From the IMG/VR virus record IMGVR_UViG_3300028593_000005: a stretch of 64,000 nt of DNA. The stretch is one strand, 5' to 3'. A program made the position numbers and the translations under genes. Shown one piece after another: positions 58,501 through 64,000 of the stretch. Origin of the DNA: an uncultured virus (IMG/VR IMGVR_UViG_3300028593_000005) (lineage: Duplodnaviria; Heunggongvirae; Uroviricota; Caudoviricetes). The notes beneath the pieces are model-generated. The model was not told where the DNA came from. It searched no databases and worked only from the letters and a program-made list of their open reading frames with translations. Numbering within the stretch: the stretch's first letter is position 1; every line of letters begins with the position of its first letter.

Positions 58501-61500
58501 CTCACTGGCAAGAAAGATGAAGATCAAGAGTCATCTGGCGGTTCTTCTGATTCGTCATCTGGTGGAAGCAATTCTAATAATCCTGCCGATTGGCAAGGGG
58601 TTAGAACCTTCTTAATCAGTGCATTCAGCTATAACATGTCACTCGACATGAAATATAATTATGCTGACGAATACATTGCATGGGCTCAGAAGAAGAGATA
58701 CAATCCTACTGCTGCTAAGAATCCTACTAATGTAATCAGGTACTTCACCAAGATCAGAAAACCAGTATTCGACCAGACTATGTTTAACAGCAACAACAAC
58801 TCACTCTTCAATGCAGCAAGACTTGGAGAAGAGAGAAGAGTTGCTGATATTCTATCTAGCAGAGCCGAATTCAATCAGTCTCATGGAAAGTCTAGAGCTG
58901 ATAAGAAGAACTATAAGTTCTATACAGAGTGTGAGAATGCTATAAGCGGACTCGGACATCCTGAAATGAAGGATGAGTTCATAAAGTTCCTCAAGCAGAA
59001 TAATATCACCAGAGAGTCTATAGCTAAGGAAATAGGCGCTGTTGATTTCAAGAACACTACTCAGATTACTGAGTATGCTAAACTCTTTATTGCTAAGCTT
59101 ACTGAAACTCATAAAGCGAAGTATGCTATGGAGCAGAAGAGACTCTATCGTATAAACAATGTCATTTCTGGTGATAGAAGATCAACTAGAGAACTTAAGG
59201 CTGAATATACTTCTAACCAGATCAAGGCTAACGAAGAGGCAGCTAAGGCAGCTAAAAGAGAAGCTGCAGAGAATAGAGTTCATGAGTCTATAGAAAAGGT
59301 TATCGGACCTTCACTTCAGAAGATAGTAGAACCTATCAAGAAGATCGCTGATTCACTTACAAGACCTATAGGTTCCAATACTCCAGATGAAAATTCTCTG
59401 AAACCACTCAATTCTAGCGGAAGATATAACGCTGGTTATAACGAAAGATTTGGGTCTGGACTTCCTGGTTCTGCTTACGGTGGTGTGGCTAAGAGCAACA
59501 TGACATCTATCCTCTCTCCTGGCGAAATCGTTATGGGACGTGGAGGTTCTGGTGTAGTACCTAAGATGGGAGTTTATGGACTCTCTAAGGGTGATGTAGT
59601 AATCAACCCTGCATCTCCTTCTAAAGCATCTAAACAGTATGCTGCAGAGCGTAAGTATCGTAACAAGCTTATGGCTAACGCTACTGTATCTGAAGGAACT
59701 GCTACAGATGAAAAGTCTATTAGACAATCTATCCTCGACTTCTTCAACAACGGAGAAAAGGTAGACGTTGCTACAGATTATCTTGCTAAGGCTGGTATCG
59801 GTGGAATTGCTGGTGCACTTCTCGGTATGCCGCTTCTCGGTGCTGGTCTTGGAATAGCTACAGGACTCTCTAAGAGATCTAACGGATTCGCTAATGCTAT
59901 ATTCGGTGATCTTGGAGAGAATGGCGAGAGAGCTGATAATGGACTCATCTCCACAGAGCTCCAAAAGGCATTCCCAAGTATGCGTAAAGGGGCACTCCTG
60001 GGAGGAGCACTTAGCCTTGTTACACCGCTTGGACCTCTTGCAGGTATACTCCTCGGAGGAGCTGCAGGAATCGCTGAGCACGAGGGAATGTTTGATGGTC
60101 TTATCTTCGGTGAGGATAGTCTTCTTGGAGATAAGGAGAAGTTCAAGCAGAAACTTCCTAAGATAGGATTAGGAGCACTTGCTGGTGCTGTCTTCAGTCC
60201 TATAGGAATACTGCCTGGTGCATTACTTGGTAGTGCTGCAGGTATGGTAGCATCAACTGACAAGTTCAAAGAGTTCATCTTTGGTAAGGAAGTTGATGGT
60301 AAGAAACAGGGCGGCGTAGTAGGTACTATCAAGAAAGCCATCAATCCTCTTAAGAACTTCGGTCAGGATCTTATCGAAAGCACTATGAGTGCAGTATTCG
60401 GTGAAAAGGTTCAGGACGAGAATGGTAAAGAGAAACGTGAAGGCGGACTTATGGGAGAAGTTAAGGATTGGGTAATCAAACCTTTCAAGGAAGGCGCAGA
60501 GTCTATAGCTCAGTCCTTTAAGAACGTTGCTCAGGATATCAAGGATACATTCGCTGAGAAGATAGGACAGCACTTTGAGAATGTATTCGGAGAGAATCTT
60601 GCTGCTCGTATAACAGACTTTCTTAGGAATCCTCTTAAGAAGATGATAGGCGGAGCAGTTAAGGTTGGTGGTACTATAGCACTGTCTCCATTCATGGCTG
60701 GAGCTCACATGGTTAAGAGTGTGGGCAATAGACTTGAAAGAGGACGTATACGTAGAGGTACTGCTTTCAATAGGTCTGCTGAAGAGAGACTTCAGTATAG
60801 AGATCAGCACAAGTTCGGATTTGGCTTCGATGCTATTATGAGAGGTAGAGGATTCAAGAACGCAGAAAGTCTTGAGTTCGATACTAATATAGCAGACGTT
60901 GCTAGAGATAGAACTTCTACTCAGATAGGTGATATAGAAGCTCAGCTTGCTGCACTGACTACTGGTGATCCTTACAGAGATCGCTATAATCAGGCTAAGA
61001 ATGACTTCTCTAACTCACTTCTTGAGTATATGAATACTGCTGATGCTGGTAGAGTAACTAAGATGCTCAGATATCCAGCTCCAGATTTCAAGGCTGCACA
61101 GAAGTTTATCAAGAGCAAGGCTAAAGGTAAAGATGGAAGAACTCTTCTCGATAGGGCAGATCAAGAGATTATACTTAAGGCTCTCGATCAGTTTAAGAAG
61201 GATACTCAGCGTATCATGCAACAACAGCAAGTGTTCAAGAACACTAGCAAGGAGCAGATGCTTGAGAATCTTAAGAAGGCTGGTATAAGCGAGAAGTTCC
61301 TTAAGAACAAGAAGGGTCTCGAGAAGCTTAAGAAGAACTTCCATACAGAATATAAATCTAAGTATCATCAGGAAGCTGAAGATGGTATAGCTACACCACA
61401 GGGTAAGATTGAAAACAATGTGGCAGTTATTTCTGATCAGATTGCAGATCTCCCTGAGAAGATTGGTAAGGCTATATGGGATGCTTACTATCAGTATAAA

Positions 61501-64000
61501 AATACTGATGAACAGTTCAACGCAGAGAAATCTAAGCGCGATGCTAGCTTCAGAAAAGCTAAGGCAGACTATGCTAAGGCTAAAGGCTATGCTAACGAAA
61601 ACATGCTTACTGATTATGAGATTGAAACTATCAAGTCTCAGGTAGGTTATACAGACGATGAAGCTCTTCTGAGCAGAATTCGTCACGACAGATCTAAGGT
61701 TACTAGCGGATTGGCATCGGCTAGCGGTCTCAGAGGAGACGTTAGTGAAAGATTATCTGCTATAAGAGAACAAAATCCAGGCATGAGTAATGATGAAATC
61801 AGACTTCAAGCTCTGGAGAGTCTCGAAAGAGATCATGATCTCAGAAATGCTTCTGCAGGAGGAAATGCTAACGCTAGAAACTTCGGCGGATTTAAGCATC
61901 AAAACAACTTCCTTGCTCGTAGAAGTATAGGAGTTGCTAAACTTGGTGCTAGAGCTGTAGGTGTCGTAGGTGCTGTCGGTTCTCATGTACCTCTTGTAGG
62001 AGGTCTGTTTAATAAAATCGGTACTGGTGCTAACGCATTGGCTGGATGGCTTGGTGATAACCAGAAGTATTCAGCTGGTCGTAAGGCTAAACAGGGCGAT
62101 ATCAATAAGAGAGGTAACATACTCACTGTTACTGATGATGCATATATAACTAAGCGTCGTAGAACTCTTGGAAAGATCATATCAGAGATGTATGAGAAGT
62201 TCAAGAACAGCTACAAGCCTAGACATAAGGGAGTAAAGTATAAGGGTACTGTTTATCCATTCACTGTAGATGGTTTTAAGGAGTACATAAAAGCCGCATT
62301 CCCCGAGTTTGAGAAAGAAGGAAGTTTCTCTAAGGAACTTTCTCTCATGCAGAAGAAGAGAAAGAAGGACTATGCTGACCTGATCGACAGAATCCTCAAT
62401 CTCAAGATCAATCAGAAGCTTCTTGGCGAGGCTGAGAAGTACTTCGATACTAATAAACCTGTAGAGGGAGACGGTGAGATTCACACCAACGCATTCCTCT
62501 CAGACGGATTCCATCCTATCAGAGCTGTCAAGAACTTCTTTTCAGGCAACAAGAACTCAGAGAAGGGTTCAAAGGATGCTCAGGACAATGAAAAGAACAG
62601 TGTATTCACCAAGATGCTTGCAGAACTTAAGGGTATCAAGGATAACACCAAAGAGAGCCTTAAGGATAAGACAGGCAATATCAAGGAGAAAGGCGGCTCT
62701 CTGATTCAGAAGATCATCAAGGGTGCAGTTAAGGTTGCTATCTTTGCTCCTCTGTTCACTGGAATCTATAAACAATTCGTTCAGCCTTGGGTTAAGGAAC
62801 ACCTTATGCCTTTCTTTAAGGATAAGCTTGGTCCTCTCTTCCTGGGCAAGAAGAGCACATATCAAGATGAAGATGGAAGCACTGTAGAGAAGTGGGAAGG
62901 TGGTATGTTCAGCGGTCTCGCTAACATGATATCTCCTGCACTTGCTAAAGTGAAGAACTTCTTCAAGGGAGTTAAAGACTGGATATTCAATCAGGGCAAA
63001 TATGCTTCACCAGATAAGGGTAGTTCTGGACTCCTTCATACACTCGTAGATCTCTGGAAACTTGGTGCTGACTCTATATTGGCTAAACTTCCTAAGGTAC
63101 TGGAAGGAGTTAAGAATGGTGTTGGTAGTATAGTAACTAAGGGATTTGAAATCGTAACCACTAATGCTATTCCTGCTCTCTTCAAGGGTGTAGGATATGC
63201 TGTTAAGGGTATAGTCAATGCCATCAAGAAGCCTGATAGTACAGAGGTTGGACAGGGTGATCCTTCTAGCTTAGTCGATGTGGCTAACAATATTGATGCA
63301 TATAACCAGTTTAATGCAGCTGATCAGGCTATAATATCTAATGCTAAGTCAGTTCATACCGTGACTAACCCATTCACTGGTGCTAAGAATATCTTCGCAG
63401 TATCCAATGAAGGTGAAATCAATCAAGTAGGTTCTGGTTCAGGTTATCAGGTTGGCTCTGATATGGCTAAGCTTAATAGTTCTCTCGGTGTTCTTAACAG
63501 TGGAAACAAAGTTACTGCTGTAGGAACTTCTGAAACAATCAATGCTACCAGCACAAGAACAGATATAGCTGGTGATGCTGTATACTATGCTGATAATGAT
63601 ACTGAGCACAAGAATCCTCTCAGAATGGATGCTAATGGCAACTACTACAAGGCTAAAGATCTTATAGAAGTTCAGAATCCAAACTATAAAACCAACAATG
63701 TATGGAACAGCATGCATGCTGAAGAGAACCTTATCAATGCTGAAGAGGCTGATGCCTCTGGAGCAGCTCAAGCTAGTCTTGGTAACAGACTTGCTACAGG
63801 ATATGGCAAGAGAGCACTTATAAGTAATAAGAGCTATAAGGGTCTCTATTCACTTAGTTCTAGACTGTTCGGCAAAGGAACTCAGAAAGTTGCTGTCGGA
63901 GTTAAGAAAACTCTTGGTAGAATACCTGGAGTTGGCGGTAAAGTATTCAAGGGTATTGGTACTGTAGCTGAAAAGGAAGGTAAGGCAATCGAAAAACTCA
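55555..64000 (+). CDS. Giant tape-measure-like tail protein (at least 2,815 aa, truncated by the window end; absent from the ORF track)
   Basis: AAAGGAGG plus ATG 55555. The frame is open at both ends read and is missing from the track, as expected if it has no stop. Helical, with Gly-zipper hydrophobic repeats near 59790..60250. Confidence 0.75.
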   Translation, partial: MLNKVAQYAKNVGKSVIYSAADVAGEMFTNPKSFVEENKESLKGVYNSVRDYRTTFKRVKDRIQKSDVYVAASVGVNSLIEDIKTGDWYAKDRETRLTEKFGGLGIGDDWDMDGAEFDWDKEGMDVSDGDKIIATAIKKNTKLNTMMTTDAIVTVGKAQIDASRENTTLLFMQNEKLMGSVNNGFERITRLLTDSANANIKNQQKTWEKTAKFYEKIEKNTNTIVAQLDELLKMQRNLYEDQRQSQKKGNKTTVTSVVNANGMLNLRDYKNAIRKNLSDTITEATGLSMDSFKIGDGNTLALMLANPMRELTQGFLKKNINKSFKASANNLNEVLGGLAYTLFGQLNNMKLNGTGMNKLMGSIFGMKMDREGNFDTSKYTKGPVPFDGITKKAITEVMPHHLAKIASALTGEDEEIFDYNSGKWTTKRAKYNEILKNEKNKAMSAMGDFFSYMKQGVGGDFNKIMKSKQDADKFIKGLTAFANAFYENPDFNMLRNPREYGIDEDVAKFIQKSFQETKYNYRYTKKRDWRYGNGTAVKDREQQRIAGLDWSKGNPILTSRDDVTVVLANTIKSVFESRKRNADKRKDIGNNPLSLELLFASEGIDINKNSGEWLERFKKKHGEYDQKSIMNSPTAKAIAMTADKYGYTIFDYLKNIKLDLAGIRSNGLFSIALGGGDLNDANTSNSSEMSFEVKEKYDWKRLQEGDKRKRHDEEAFERRYQEEQAKWEQNERYRKSGDKRYNKRLRRPNRVDLSSDNVKGQFGSILNDITEEFKRDEVERQKQEKANQKDMFDVLEEWGLISSDEKRNAQAVKYDKEKDLKEQMKAAQGGKAKLLLARAYMKSIADKPWQYATDAMVSTEALIHDIFFKHAFKMKNNDGETVEEKGLFGMLQESFKGGFDSLTNMIGTKLENFFTKEDGWWQKNVVKKIFAPDSFFGQLKESIIGKSDGEGFRTGGVLGSLWDSLKRNANDVSEIIKRDARSLTGKKDEDQESSGGSSDSSSGGSNSNNPADWQGVRTFLISAFSYNMSLDMKYNYADEYIAWAQKKRYNPTAAKNPTNVIRYFTKIRKPVFDQTMFNSNNNSLFNAARLGEERRVADILSSRAEFNQSHGKSRADKKNYKFYTECENAISGLGHPEMKDEFIKFLKQNNITRESIAKEIGAVDFKNTTQITEYAKLFIAKLTETHKAKYAMEQKRLYRINNVISGDRRSTRELKAEYTSNQIKANEEAAKAAKREAAENRVHESIEKVIGPSLQKIVEPIKKIADSLTRPIGSNTPDENSLKPLNSSGRYNAGYNERFGSGLPGSAYGGVAKSNMTSILSPGEIVMGRGGSGVVPKMGVYGLSKGDVVINPASPSKASKQYAAERKYRNKLMANATVSEGTATDEKSIRQSILDFFNNGEKVDVATDYLAKAGIGGIAGALLGMPLLGAGLGIATGLSKRSNGFANAIFGDLGENGERADNGLISTELQKAFPSMRKGALLGGALSLVTPLGPLAGILLGGAAGIAEHEGMFDGLIFGEDSLLGDKEKFKQKLPKIGLGALAGAVFSPIGILPGALLGSAAGMVASTDKFKEFIFGKEVDGKKQGGVVGTIKKAINPLKNFGQDLIESTMSAVFGEKVQDENGKEKREGGLMGEVKDWVIKPFKEGAESIAQSFKNVAQDIKDTFAEKIGQHFENVFGENLAARITDFLRNPLKKMIGGAVKVGGTIALSPFMAGAHMVKSVGNRLERGRIRRGTAFNRSAEERLQYRDQHKFGFGFDAIMRGRGFKNAESLEFDTNIADVARDRTSTQIGDIEAQLAALTTGDPYRDRYNQAKNDFSNSLLEYMNTADAGRVTKMLRYPAPDFKAAQKFIKSKAKGKDGRTLLDRADQEIILKALDQFKKDTQRIMQQQQVFKNTSKEQMLENLKKAGISEKFLKNKKGLEKLKKNFHTEYKSKYHQEAEDGIATPQGKIENNVAVISDQIADLPEKIGKAIWDAYYQYKNTDEQFNAEKSKRDASFRKAKADYAKAKGYANENMLTDYEIETIKSQVGYTDDEALLSRIRHDRSKVTSGLASASGLRGDVSERLSAIREQNPGMSNDEIRLQALESLERDHDLRNASAGGNANARNFGGFKHQNNFLARRSIGVAKLGARAVGVVGAVGSHVPLVGGLFNKIGTGANALAGWLGDNQKYSAGRKAKQGDINKRGNILTVTDDAYITKRRRTLGKIISEMYEKFKNSYKPRHKGVKYKGTVYPFTVDGFKEYIKAAFPEFEKEGSFSKELSLMQKKRKKDYADLIDRILNLKINQKLLGEAEKYFDTNKPVEGDGEIHTNAFLSDGFHPIRAVKNFFSGNKNSEKGSKDAQDNEKNSVFTKMLAELKGIKDNTKESLKDKTGNIKEKGGSLIQKIIKGAVKVAIFAPLFTGIYKQFVQPWVKEHLMPFFKDKLGPLFLGKKSTYQDEDGSTVEKWEGGMFSGLANMISPALAKVKNFFKGVKDWIFNQGKYASPDKGSSGLLHTLVDLWKLGADSILAKLPKVLEGVKNGVGSIVTKGFEIVTTNAIPALFKGVGYAVKGIVNAIKKPDSTEVGQGDPSSLVDVANNIDAYNQFNAADQAIISNAKSVHTVTNPFTGAKNIFAVSNEGEINQVGSGSGYQVGSDMAKLNSSLGVLNSGNKVTAVGTSETINATSTRTDIAGDAVYYADNDTEHKNPLRMDANGNYYKAKDLIEVQNPNYKTNNVWNSMHAEENLINAEEADASGAAQASLGNRLATGYGKRALISNKSYKGLYSLSSRLFGKGTQKVAVGVKKTLGRIPGVGGKVFKGIGTVAEKEGKAIEKL

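Noticed and set aside
55758..63771. Many short ORFs in the track (also 432..677, 12212..12700, 24428..25129, 40508..40972 and others)
   Set aside because: Antisense or off-frame shadows of long genes, with no RBS.
1..64000. tRNA/rRNA genes, chimallin or PhuZ tubulin
   Set aside because: No cloverleaf or rRNA signature and no tubulin GGGTG motif seen. Chimallin cannot be recognised by eye among the hypotheticals.

Overview
64 kb of a jumbo myophage of the phiKZ/AR9(PBS1) dual-RNA-polymerase type. Strong AAAGGAGG Shine-Dalgarno sites point to a Firmicute host; the LRR/Big_3 accessory domains hint at a Clostridia/Ruminococcus-like one. Standard genetic code. Virion genes: portal, major capsid, tail sheath/tube, a neck-like protein, a >2,800-aa tape-measure-like ORF running off the window end, and a cluster of putative receptor-binding/adhesin genes with an M15 endolysin. 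Replication and transcription genes: two split RNAP beta' pieces, an SF2 helicase, a family B DNA polymerase split into two genes about 25 kb apart, and an nrdD interrupted three times (two group I introns, one carrying an HNH endonuclease, plus a Ser-initiated mini-intein). Main non-coding observations: (i) two promoter classes (TGTATAYTAT 'early'; AAC(A)-N6-TAA 'late', matching the AR9 uracil-dependent nvRNAP consensus); (ii) a 43/44-nt identical promoter-plus-hairpin element in front of both polymerase halves, a candidate shared translational operator; (iii) a candidate late sRNA with anti-RBS sequence; (iv) an A7 frameshift in an LRR adhesin gene; (v) a seemingly P5-less group I intron. 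All calls come from reading the sequence by eye; no searches were run.
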